DNA of 64,000 nt from Chiloscyllium plagiosum (lineage: Eukaryota). Under the pieces are notes generated by a model. It made no database searches. It was not told the origin of the DNA and saw only the letters and a program-made list of their open reading frames with translations. This document shows positions 47,190 to 58,335 of this stretch, piece after piece. The stretch spans positions 62,870,085-62,934,084 of the forward strand of contig NC_057719.1 of the NCBI RefSeq assembly GCF_004010195.1. The letters run 5' to 3'. A program made the position numbers and the translations under genes. Each line of letters opens with the position of its first letter. Position 1 is the stretch's first letter.

Positions 47190-47965
47190 AGTCATACAGG
47201 TGTACAGCATGGGAACAGACACTTCAGACCAACTTGTCCATACACCAGATATCCTAAATTCATCTGGAGCATCGGAGGCTGAGGGGTGGGCCAATAGCCT
47301 TCATTTGGCACACATTCCTCTAAGCCCTTCCTAATCATATACCCATTTGGATGCCTTTTAAATGTTGTAATTGTACCAGCCTCCACCGATTTCTCTGACA
47401 ACTCATTCCGTACTGCATGAAAATGTTGCCCATAAGGTCCCTTTTAAATCTTTCTCCTCTCATCTTAAACCTATGCCCTCTAGTTTCTGGAGTCCCCTAC
47501 CCTGGAGAAAAGACCTTGTCTAATTATCCTATCCATACTCCTTATAATTTTATAAACTTCTATAAGGTCACAACTCAGCCTCTGACACTCCAGGAAAAAC
47601 AGCCCCAGCCTATTCAGCCTCTCCCTATAGCCAAAACCCTCCTACATTGGCAACATCTTTTTAAATCTTTTCTGTACCCTTTCAAGTTTCACAACATCCT
47701 TCCTACAGCAAGGTGACCAGAATTGAATGCAGTTTTCCAAATGTGGCCTGTACAGCCTCAACATGACCTCCTTCACTGTCCAGTCTGCCTGCAATTCCAG
47801 TTTCAAGGAGCTATGAATCTGCACTCCAAGGTCTCTTTGTTCAGCAACGAGAACCTTACCATTAAGTGTATAAGTCCTGCCCTGATTTGCCTGTCCAAAA
47901 TGCAGCACCTCGCATTATCTAAATTTAACTTCATCTGCCACTCCTCAGCCCATCGGGCCATCTGA
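47190..47965 (-). mobile_element. CR1 3' fragment
   Basis: ORF 47642-47908 LHFGQANQGRTYTLNGK..KLERVQKRF. Confidence 0.9.
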
Positions 47966-48054
47966 TCATGACAAGATGTTGTTCATTGCATGAAAACAAT
48001 GGGTGCAAGTGACAAATTACTTAAGCGTAATTATTTAAGTCTGTCATCTTCAAA

Positions 48055-49214
48055 GTTTGCATTCACAGGTCCGCCAGGCCTACCAAGGGAGCAACGACCT
48101 GCCTGAAGGGGATTACCCTGCTGCGGATCCTGGGGATTTCAATCCTGATAAAGAATTGGGACCAAAAGAAACTGGAACCCAGGTGGGAAGAACCATTTTA
48201 GGCATTGCTAACCATCCCCACAGCTGTGAAGGTGCAAGGCCAATCCCGGTAGATCCACAGAACCGACTGCAAGAGAGTCAGTGCAGGAACTGATAACCAT
48301 TAGAGAAGAAGCTGTATTCTGTACTTGTGACTTTGGGGAAAATGACTTCGGGGATAGATGTGTTTCAAACTGACACTCCTATGTAGAACACTTTTTTTGC
48401 ACTTGGCCTACCAGACGGCCCGTGTGACGGGGAGAGACACTCACTGCTGGGTATGTGACCACGTGCACCCTACTCAACAGGGTGGGGGGTTATTCTTTTG
48501 TGGCCCATTCCTTTCCACTAGCATGAGGTGGCCGAATGGCTACTACACTGGAGCATTTCCGGTGAACCTGGCAACACCGAGGATGCACAGGAATGGCAGT
48601 CTGCAGGGTATAACATGTCCTTGTTCAGGGATTGATACCAGCCTAACTTCAACAGGTCACATAAGCCTCCCTCCCTCATTGTCCTCAATAACACTATGGG
48701 TGCCAACATTTGTTTCAGGTGCTTGGGAATTCCCCGGAAGGCACTTATGTGGGATCAAGTAAGTGCTCCTTTAATATCCCCTCGGTTGAGCCTATTCAGA
48801 ACTAAATGGAACATGGCAACTTTGTGTGTAATTGGGCCACCGTCCCAAATAAGAAGTCGAGCTCCCTCTGGAATAATCCTGTTCCCCTGGTTATGGGAGT
48901 TGCAGTTTCCAATTTAATAGCCTACAATGGCTGTATTTTATTTGTAGGATAAAGGCCTACTCATGGCTCCCCTCAGAATAGAGCGGGGAGTGATGTTCCA
49001 TGGGGTATGTAGTACCGCGTGTCCGGGTTCTGGATGACTTACCCTCACCCCTGAGACTCCAGAGGTCCCTCACGGTTTCTTCATCTGAGTTGGAATGTTC
49101 TTTCCCCCCACAGGAATCTAACTACACGCCCAGGAAATGAGTTAGCTCAGGACAGTGTGGAAAAGGATCACAAATGACACTGCAAATGGCCAAAATGAAA
49201 TTAATGCGGAGCTA
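48055..49214 (+). mobile_element. Class I (gamma/epsilon-type) endogenous retrovirus remnant: integrase C-terminus plus env (SU and start of TM)
   Basis: PGDF/ILIKNWDQKKLEPRWEEPF*ALLTIPTAVKVQGQSR*IHRTDCKRV (IN C-terminus); env FLHLAYQTARVTGRDTHCWVC (CXXC at 48445-48456); KAYSWLP..CSMGYVVPRVRVLDDLPSPLRLQR/SL (furin-like site 49054-49065); heptad KRITNDTANGQNEINAEL. Confidence 0.88.
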
Positions 49215-50490
49215 AACTTGGTTGAGTGTTTTAAAGAAGTAACAAAGAGAGTTGATGAGGGCAGAGCAATGGACATGATCTATATGGCCTTCAGTAAGGG
49301 ATTTGACAAGGTTCCCCATGGGAGACTGATTAGCAAGGTTAGTTCTCATGGAATACAGGGAGAACTAGCCATTTGGATACAGAACTGGCTCAAAGGTAGA
49401 AGACAGAGGGAGGTGGTGGAGAGTTGTTTTTTAAACTGAAGCCTGTGACCAGTGGAGTGCCACAAGGATCCGTGCTGATTCCACTACTTTTCATCATTTA
49501 TATAAATTATTTGGATGCGAGCATAAGAGGTACAGTTAGTAAGTTTGCAGGTGACACCAAAATTGGATGTGTAGTGGACAACGAAGAAGGTTACCTCAGA
49601 TTACAACAGGATCTTGATCAGATGGGCCAATGGGCTGAGAAGTGGCAGATGGAGTTTAATTTAGATAAATGCGAGGTGCTACATTTTGGGAAAGCAAATC
49701 TTAGCAGGACTTATGCACTTAATGGTAAGGTCCTCGGGAGTGTTGCTGAACAGAGAGACCTTGGAGTGCAGGTTCATAGCTCCTTGAAAGTGAATCACAG
49801 GTAGAAAGGATAGTAAAGAAGGCATTTGCTATGCTTTCGTTTATTGGTCAGAGTATTGAGTACATGTGTTGGGAGGTCATGTTATGGCTGTACAGGACAT
49901 TGGTTAGGCCACTGTTGGAATATTGCATGCAATTCTGGTCTCCTTCCTATCGGAAAGATGTTGTGAAACTTTGAAAGGGTTCAGAAAAGATTTACAAGGA
50001 TGTTACCAGGGTTGGAGGATTTGAGCTATAGGAAGAGGTTGCAAAGGCTTGGTTTGTTTTCCCTGGAGCACCGGAGGCTGAGGGGTGACCTTATAGAGCT
50101 TTACAAAATCATGATGGGGAATAAATAGGATAAATAGACAAAGTCTTTTCCCTGGGGTCAGGGAGTCCAGAACGAGAGGGAGTCCAGAACTAGAGGTTTA
50201 GGGTGAGAGGGGAAGGATATAGAAGAGACCTAAGGGGCAAGTTTTTCATGCAGAGGGTGGTACGTGTATGGAATGAGTGCCAGAGAAAGTGGTGGAGGCT
50301 GATACAATTGCAACACTTAAGAGGCATTTGGATGGGTATATGAATAAGAAGGGTTTGGAGGGATATGGGCCAGGTGCCGGCACGTGGGACTAGATTGGAT
50401 TGGGATTAGATTGGGTTGGGATATCTGGTCGGCATGGACGGGTTGGACCGAAGGGTCTGTTTCCATGCTGTATATCTCTATGACTCTATG
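49215..50490 (+). mobile_element. CR1 (HER1-like) 5'-truncated copy abutting the ERV env
   Basis: NLVECFKEVTKRVDEG..FDKVPHGRL; SGVPQGSVL..KFAGDTK; tail CTCTATGACTCTATG. Confidence 0.94.
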
Positions 50491-50689
50491 TGATCGAGAA
50501 GATCCATCTATCTCCATTGGAATTTGTTGCTAAACTCCCTCATTCTCCCTCACTGTGGCAACAGATAAAGTGGAAATAATGAAACTTCATGATTAACTCT
50601 TTCAGAGCAATTCTCTTACATAACATTCTTGATGGCAATAGACTTTTGAATTCATAACAAAAAAGTTTGCAAATTCATTATTGTTTTTA

Positions 50690-51560
50690 ATCAATACATT
50701 GAATTTGGGGATTGTTGCCAAGGACAGCATTTATTATCCATCAATAATATCCCCGGAGAAGGTGGTAGTGAGCTGGTTTTTTGAATCACTGTAGTCCTTG
50801 GGTGTTAAAACACCCACGATGATGTAGAAAGAAAGTTTCAGAATCATAATACAACAACGTGAAGAAATGACAATATATTTCCCAATCAGGATCATGTGTG
50901 GCTGGGACAGAAACTGGCAGGTGATGGTTTTCCCATGCATCAGCTGCCCTTGTTCTTCTAGATAGCAGAGATTGCACATTTAGAAGGTTCTGTCAGGGGA
51001 GCCTTGCTGAGACACTGCACTTCATTTTATGATTAGATTATCTACAATAAGGAAACAGGTCTTTCGGCCCAACAGTCCATACTGACCCTCCGAAGAGTAA
51101 CCCACCCAGACCCATTCCCTATATATACCCATAAGTAAAGCACCTAACACTATGGGAAATTTAGCATGGCCAATTCACCTGACCGGCACATTTTTGGACT
51201 GTGGAGGAAACTGGAGCACCCGGAGGAAACCCACTGTATGATACATACTGCTGCCACTGTGTATTGGTGGTGAAGGAACTGAATGAAAGTGCTGGATGTG
51301 GTGCCAATGACGTCGACTGCTTTGTCCCGGATGGTGTCAGGCCTCTCAAGTGTTGCTGGAGCTGCACTTCTCCAAACAAGCGGAGAGTATTCAATCACAG
51401 TCTTGACTTGTGCCTGATAGAGCGTGAACTGTCTTTGGGAAGTCAGGAGGTAAGTTACTCACTGGGCATCCTTTAGCAGCCACAGTATTGATATGGCTAG
51501 TTCAGTTTCTGGTCAGTGGTAACCCTCAGGATGTTGATCATGTGGAATTCAGTGATGGTA
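50690..51560 (-). mobile_element. LINE family B 3' portion split by an HE1 SINE
   Basis: ORF 51150-51398 MIEYSPLVWRSAAPATLERPDTIRDKAVDVIG; 3' tail CAGCATTTATT near 50727. Confidence 0.8.
51030..51235 (-). mobile_element. HE1-type SINE, 5'-truncated
   Basis: GGAAACAGGTCTTTCGGCCCAAC..TAGCATGGCCAATTCACCTGACC..GGAGCACCCGGAGGAAACCCAC. Confidence 0.85.
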
Positions 51561-52129
51561 AAGAAATAAAAACATTGTTGTGCATGACCAGGGTGGGGTG
51601 GGAGGTGGGGGTTGCGGGGCGGTGGGGGGGAATGTTAAAAGGAGGAGAGCCAATTCCTCCTTCTTCTCCACCTGGTCATGATAGTGTAGACTGGATGTAG
51701 CTGGCTGTCTGACCCGTCTGCTGGCAGTTGAAGTTTGCAGCTGTATTTTTTTTTCCATGCTTGAAATGCTGCCGTGGAAATTGAAGGTTTTTTTAATGTT
51801 CACTGTCTGCTTAGGTCAATGGAGACTCAAACTCCACAAACCAAAACCGAGGTGGAGAAAGGTGGGGCAGAGCAGCAGCATGTCCTTGGTAAACACTCTC
51901 AAATTTAGATTGGTCACATGACTTCTCTTGACTCGCGACAGAAGTTCTAAATTCCATCCTATATTCTAAAAGGTAGTTTGGATTAACCAATGTTTCATGG
52001 CAATGAAAGAGGTTTGGTCCAAGTAAATAACTTTTGAAGGAAGGGGGCATCAGTGTCGTGGTAGCATCATTAGATTTGTTATCTCACACCCCAGGCTAAT
52101 GTTTGCATGCCAGTGCCTCAAGTAAGTCA

Positions 52130-52870
52130 CAGGGGAGAGGTGAGTGTATGACCATCACTAAGGAAAAAATGTTGGGGAAGCTGAAAGATCAGAAGGTCAA
52201 TAAATCGCTTAAGACCAGATGGTCTACACCCCAGAGTTCTGAAGGAGATAGCTGAGGAGCTTATCGAAGCATTTGTGGTGATCTTTCAGTAATCACTGGA
52301 GTCAGAGAGGGTCCCAGAGGACTGCAAATTGCAACACCCATGTTTAAGAGGAGAAAGAGCAGAAAACAGGAAGCTGTAAGCCAGTTAGCCTGACCTCGGT
52401 CATTGGTAAGATTTTAGAATCAATTATTAAGGAAGAGATTGGGCGTATTTAAAGGTGCATGATAAAATAGGGTGGAATCGGCTTCATCAAGGAGAGGCCA
52501 TGTCAGGCAAATCAGTTAGAATTCTTGAAGGAGCAAGTTAGACAAAGGAGAGCCAGTGGACATGGATCGAGAGTGTGTTGCTGGAAAAGCACAGCAGGTC
52601 AGGCAGGATCCGAGGAGGAGGAGATGAAGGGCTCTGGCCTGAAACATCAATTTTCCTGCTCCTCGGATGTTGCCTGAACTGCTGTGTTTTTCCAGCAACA
52701 CACTCTCAACTTTGATCTCCTAGCATCTGCAGGTTTCACTTTCTCCTAGCCAGTGGACATGGTCTATCTGGAAAAGGCCTTTGACTAGGTGCTGCACATA
52801 TAAGATAAGAGCCTGTGGTGTTCATGGATTGAGGATTGGCTGACTGGCAGAAGACAGAGATTGTGGATAA
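52130..52870 (+). mobile_element. CR1 RT internal fragment interrupted by a palindromic mini-element
   Basis: GACCAGATGGTCTACACCCCAGAGTTCTGAAGGAG (PDGLHPRVLKE); CCAGTTAGCCTGACCTCGGTC (PVSLTSV); GATTGGCTGACTGGCAGAAGACAGAG. Confidence 0.8.
52566..52747 (+). mobile_element. Palindromic Penelope-derived mini-element with perfect 15-bp TSD
   Basis: AGCCAGTGGACATGG at 52551-52565 and 52748-52762; arms GAGAGTGTGTTGCTGGAAAAGCACAGCAG / CTGCTGTGTTTTTCCAGCAACACACTCTC. Confidence 0.88.
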
Positions 52871-52877
52871 AGTGAAT

Positions 52878-53200
52878 AAAAACTGAAAGAAGTGTGGATG
52901 CTGTAAATAGAAAACAAAGACTGAAGTTGCTGGAAAAGCTCAGTAGGTCTGGCAGCATCTGTGGAAATAGAAACACTTATGATTCAAAGTCAATGATTCT
53001 TCACTAGAACTGAGGAAAGACAGAAATGTATTAAGTTTTGAGGGGGGGAAGGGGTAGAATAAGAAAACAAAATGTTTGTGATAGAACAGAGGACAGAAGA
53101 TAATAGTTAAATAGAGTTATGCTTTTGTCAAGAAATGATAAATGTGTCTATCAGAGATGTGAATGATTGCATCACAGCTGTCTGAATGCAAAATCAAGTG
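52878..53200 (-). mobile_element. Penelope-like terminal fragment
   Basis: GATGCTGTAAAT..GTTGCTGGAAAAGCTCAGTAGGTCTGGCAGCATCTGTGG followed by purine-rich sequence. Confidence 0.6.
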
Positions 53201-53459
53201 ATGCATTTGAAACAGTCTGTATGAAAACTCTCTAATGTAAGTCCACATACTATGACAATAAGATCAGAAGAATCACTAGTGTGGGCTGAGAATATTCAAA
53301 CTATTCCATGTGTACTTGATAATTTCTCATTTCATTGACAAAGCATTCACATTATTGAATTATAAAACTGTCCTGTTCAGGTCCAAGATTTCTCCCCAGC
53401 CTATAACCTCATGAATATTAGTGGAGTGTGGGGGGAAAAAAGAAAAAAAAATAGATTGC

Positions 53460-56170
53460 TGTTATATAGTGCTCTTGCTAACTACTAGCAGTCTCACAAA
53501 TGTCCTATATAACTGAAGCATAACATTGGTACTTTGATATTCAATTCCTCTGATAATGAAGGGTAGCATTCCACTAACCTTATTAATTAATTACTTGCTG
53601 TACCTGGATTTGTGATTTTGTGATTCACACAGAACACCTACACAATTTGGAATTCTGCAATCTTTCTCCATTTAAGTAAAATTCTGCTTCTCACTTTTCC
53701 TGTTAAAGTGAACAATTTTCCCAAATTATAATCCACCAATCTGATATTTTTGCCCACTCAGTTGATCTATCCATATTTATCTGCAATCCCCTTATCTCCT
53801 CTTCACATCAGACTTTCCCAACTATCTTCATGTCAACTGCGAATTCAGCTCCCATGCATTCCTCCACCCAATCTAAGTCATTGATATAAATTGTAAAAAA
53901 GCTGAGACCCTAGAACAAGCCCTAAGGGACTCCACTATCGCATCCCACTAATCTGACAAAAACTCTTTGCTTTCTGCCAGCCAGCCAGTCTTCTATCCAT
54001 ACTCACATGTTACCCAATACACCATGACTTCTTACTTTACATCACAGCCTTTGATGTCGCGCCTTATCAATGCCTTCTGGAATTTCATATACAGTATGTC
54101 TAAGACTCCCCTTTATCTGGAGTCTGTTACTAGTTCAAATAATTCAAATAAATTGGCTGAATATGATTTCTCTTTTCATAAAATCATGCAGACTCTTCCT
54201 GATTACTTTCTTTTCGAAGTGCCCAGCTGCAATGTCCTTACTAATTAATTCTAACACTTTCCCGTGATACATATCAAGCTAACCGGCCTGCAGTCTCCTG
54301 CTTTCTGCCTCCTTCCCTTCTCAGACAGAGTATCTGTACGATCTACTTTCTAATCTGATGGAAACATCATGGAATCTTGTAGCTGATTCCAAGAGTATAA
54401 GAAGGAGTCCATCAGACCAGAGACTTGTCAGCTCACACCTCAGTATTGCTTCCTTAGTGATTGTAATGTCACTGTTCCTCTCTCCCTTCCAGTTCTTGAC
54501 TTACAGATATTTCTGCAATGTATTTTGTGTCACACGTAGTGAAGACAGAAGTGCAAGATTTATTCATTTCATCCACTCATTCATATTATTGATTATTAAT
54601 TCATAATTGTAACTCTCAAGTGGATCAACACTTCATTTACTTATGATTTCTTTTTAGATACCTATAAGTGTATACTATCTGTTTTTGCGTTTCTAGCTAG
54701 CTTCTTCTCATACTCTAAATTTGTTCCGCTCATTAAACTTCTAACCATTCTCTGCTATTCTTTTTTTCTGTTCAATTACCTGACATATTTCAACAATTGA
54801 ATATCTTTCCCCTTTAAGTTTTATCCTTTCTTTAATCTCTTTAGTTAACCACACATGATGGGTCCTCCCCTTAGAATATTTTTTATGTAGGAATATACTT
54901 ATTCTGCATATTCAGAAGTATCCCTTTAAGTGCCTGCTACTGCATCTCTCTTGATCTATGCTCTAGCCTAAATTCACATTCACTGCGCTAGCTTAACTGC
55001 CCTGCCCAAATAATTGCACTTATTTAAGATTTTTTTTAAAAATTAGCCTTAGACTCACTTTCTCCTGAATGTAAATCTCAATTATATTATGGTCTCTGTT
55101 ACCTAGGGGCACCTTTACTCTGAAGTCATTAATTAATTATCTCACATTGGGAAGTGTTGCTGAATAAAGAGACCTAGGGGCACAGGCACATAGTTACTTG
55201 AAAGTGGAATCACAGGTAGACAGGGTGGTGAAGAAAGCGTTTGGCACGCTTGCTTTCATTGGTCAATGCATTGAATTAAAGAGTTGGGATGTACAGGGTA
55301 TTGGTGAGGCAACTTTCAGAATACTGCAAACAATTCTGGCCACTCTTCTATAGAAAGAATGTTGTTGAACTTGGAAGGGTGCAAAAAAGATTTACAAGGA
55401 TGTTGCCAGGACTGGTGGGCTTGAGTTCTAGAGAGGGGCTGAATAGGCTGAGGCTTTCTTCCCTGGAGTGTCAGAAGGGTGGCCTTATACAGGTTTATAA
55501 AATCATGAAGACCATGGATAGGATAAATAGCGAAGGTGGGGGAGTCCAAAACTAGTTTAACATGAGAGGGGCAAGATTTAAAAAGAACCTGAAGGGTAAC
55601 TTTTTCATGCAGAGGGTGGTGTGTGTATGGAATGAGCTGCCAGAGGAAGTGGTAGAGGCTGGTACAATTACAACATTTCAAAGACATCTGGGTGGGTATA
55701 TGAATAAGAAGGGTTAAGAGGGATATGGGCCAAGTGCTAGCAAATGGGATTAGGTCAGATTGGGATGTCTGGTCAACATGGACAAGTTGAACTGAGGGGT
55801 CTGTTTCCGTACTGTACATCGCTGTGACTATGACTCTAAGTCTAGTACAACTTACTTTCTGGTCCATTCCAGACATGCTGCCCAAAAGAACTATTACAAA
55901 AAGCGTGCTATGAGTCCCTCATTGAGGCCACTACTGCCAATCTGATTTTTCCAGCTTGTATGTAGATTAAAATCATCCATGATTATTGTTGTCCCTTTAT
56001 CAGAAGCACCCAATATTTCTAGTGTCTGTTGTCCTACATTGAGATCACCATGAGGGACTTGGTATACTATTCCCACTAATTTCCCCTGATTTCCTCAACT
56101 GTATCCAAAATAATTCTAGATCCCATCTTCCTGAACTAAGGTCATCTTTAACCGATTGCACCAATGTCAT
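53460..56170 (-). mobile_element. Old long CR1 ORF2 remnant interrupted by a younger plus-strand CR1
   Basis: RT-region remnants (TCATGTCAACTGCGAATT; CCCTAAGGGACTCCACT; CAAGCTAACCGGCCTGCAGT) and endonuclease ORF 55894-56076 GIVYQVP..TIIMDDFNLH. Confidence 0.75.
55148..55840 (+). mobile_element. CR1 (HER1-like) 3' fragment
   Basis: ORF 55289-55555 YRVLVRQLSEYC..RVQKRFTRMLPGL; tail GACTATGACTCTA. Confidence 0.92.
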
Positions 56171-56294
56171 CTTCTACTGAGGTTGAAACTCTCATCCATC
56201 CCATCATTAATTCTGGTTTGCATTATTCTAATATTCTTGTGGTTGACTCACCAACCAAAACATTTAGCTCAGTCAAGATAGGGTGAATGTTGAA

Positions 56295-56640
56295 AGGTTG
56301 GAGAACTCTCGAACCAGGGAGCACAAGTTAAATTTGAGGGGTCCCCATTTAAGACTGTGAAACATTTTTTTTCTCTCAGAGGGTCAGTAGGCTGTGGAAT
56401 TTTCATCCTCATAGAACAGTGAAGGCAGGTTATTGAATGCACCATAGGCTGAATTAGATAGATCTTTGATCAAAAGGGGGCTCGATGATTATGGGGAGGG
56501 TGGCAAACTGGAAAGTGTGGTTGAGGCTACAATCGGAGAAGTCATGATCTTATTGACCATAAGATATGGGAGCAGAATTGGGCCATTCGGTGCATTGTAG
56601 AATGGTGGAACAGGCTTGATGGGTGAATAAACTAATTTCT
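56295..56640 (+). mobile_element. Old CR1 3' end
   Basis: GAACCAGGGAGCAC..CCATTTAAGACTG..TTCTCTCAGAGGGTC..GAATGGTGGAACAGGCTTGATGG. Confidence 0.7.
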
Positions 56641-56849
56641 GCACTTGTGTGAAAAGCCTGTGTTCACCTAATTTTAGCTTTGTGAGTATGTCTGATTTTA
56701 AGTTTTCCATTATACCTTTACCATACCTGTCCTGCCCAGGTCCTAAGATCTCAAATAGCCTGTGTCAGCTCCTTTTCATTATTCCTTCAAACATTCTTCT
56801 TTGTGCACATTTTTGGTCACCTGCTCTGAAGTAGCTTTTAAGTGGTAAT

Positions 56850-56968
56850 ATATATTTTGAAGCAACCTTTTCAGACATATAATGGCATACATTTAGAGCA
56901 GGTGGGACTTGTATATGGGCCTTCTGACCGAGACGTAGGGCCACTACCACTGCACCACAACAGCCCCT
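56850..56968 (-). mobile_element. Short tRNA-derived SINE
   Basis: Minus strand GGGCTGTTGTGGTGCAGTGGTAGTG..CAAGTCCCACCTGCTC; partial plus-strand copy GATTCGAGTCCCACCTGCTCCAGAG at ~59131. Confidence 0.6.
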
Positions 56969-58074
56969 AAAACGTCTCATTCTCTACTGACTGAGCTGAT
57001 GAGGCGTGCTCATATCATCAAGCTTCTGTGGAGCACGCTGAGCCACACAACAATGTGAAGTTACCCACTCCAAAAATGCAAGTTCTTGTTCTTGAATTCA
57101 AAAGTCAGCAAGTAAATATTTTAATAACAGTATTTAAATATACAAAGTAATTTGCAAACATTCAGAACTTTTGCAAAATCAAATTTACTAAACAAAAACA
57201 GCTATTTGTCATTCGCAATATAATAATTGTTAATCTTCCTACACCAATCACACTTAATTGGTTTGGTTTCACTTTGAATATGCAGAATGGTCCATAATTG
57301 CAACTGTTCATGTTGATGGCAAAATATAGTCCATCTTATTTACAATTTAAAATGACAATTACATTATCTTCTTTGTGGAAATGTTTTGAAGAGGATTATA
57401 GTTTTAAATATGATAAACCAACAATGGCTGCTAATTGATATAATTATGGAGTGTTCTACAGAACAAGCTGCTGCATAGAATACTGTACTTATCATTAATC
57501 TTAATCATGCTTAATCATTATTCATCCATGATGCAAGTGGAGCTGGGTTAGCAATTTATACTTTGGTGAGATGTTTAACCTTTTGCTAACTTTCTGTATA
57601 AATACATCTTCCTCACACGGGAGGGTGTGATAACTTTCAAATCTATAAGTGTTGCATAGAGCAATACTAATAATTTGGCTACCATACATGGACTTTGGAC
57701 TTGCTTAACCTAAATGTTACAAATTCAATAGCTTTTTATTTGTTTGCACAGTTAAATGGTGAAATGCAATGAGAGGATGTTCTCCCTCAAATCTATTTAC
57801 TATGAATGCCAATCAAATCATGGTATTCATGTTCCCCACTGAGGAACATGAAGAAGCAGGATTGGAGATTCCACCTTTTCCAATTATAGCAGGAGAAGTT
57901 GAGACAAGCTGGAGTTTTCAGAATGATTAAGATTTGGGAAGTGACCAGGATAACAGTGGGATGATTGAGTCTAACAGTAACCGACAAATGAAGGGGGGTT
58001 TCTGCAGTGGATGGGTTTGATCAAGTACCAGGTCATATGCCATTGCAGATGAGGAAACTGGCAGTCTGTGTGAG

Positions 58075-58335
58075 GTCAAGACCACAGCTCCAGATCAAAC
58101 AGGGGATTCAGCTTTCAAAACATCAAAGCAGCAGCCAAGCAGGGGAACGGGATCAATGGTGAGGGAGCTTCTGTGAGGGGGCTTGAGGATGCTGCCTCCA
58201 GACATCCCACTATCTAATACGGTATCCCAGAATTCAGACAAACATGGTATCAACAGAAATAGCACAGGGGTCAACAGAGAGGCTGTTGATGTGCACCACC
58301 AAGTGATTGCACAGAGAAGTTTAAACGATTTATTC
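58075..58335 (+). pseudogene. Decayed Myb/SANT-like (Harbinger-type) DNA-binding domain
   Basis: Across frameshifts TAPDQTGDSAFKTS..RELL*GG..EIAQ/GVN..TTK*/CTEKF/NDL, resembling the recalled RAPRFSD..L..WxEIA..VN..RT..QC.KKFNDL pattern. Confidence 0.45.

Noticed and set aside
48358..49214. Domesticated syncytin-like env gene
   Set aside because: Multiple frameshifts and stops; the ISD and transmembrane anchor are missing.
49155..49439. 94-aa ORF fusing env heptad to LINE RT as a chimeric gene
   Set aside because: Chance in-frame junction of two dead elements, with flanking stops and frameshifts.
50150..50420. Short tandem duplications within CR1 copies (also ~8530-8565, ~44820)
   Set aside because: Ordinary slippage-type duplications of 10-20 bp in decaying repeats.
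55316..55885. 189-aa minus-strand ORF and similar antisense ORFs (13003, 14874, 22541)
   Set aside because: They are antisense readings of CR1 3' regions that recur with each copy.
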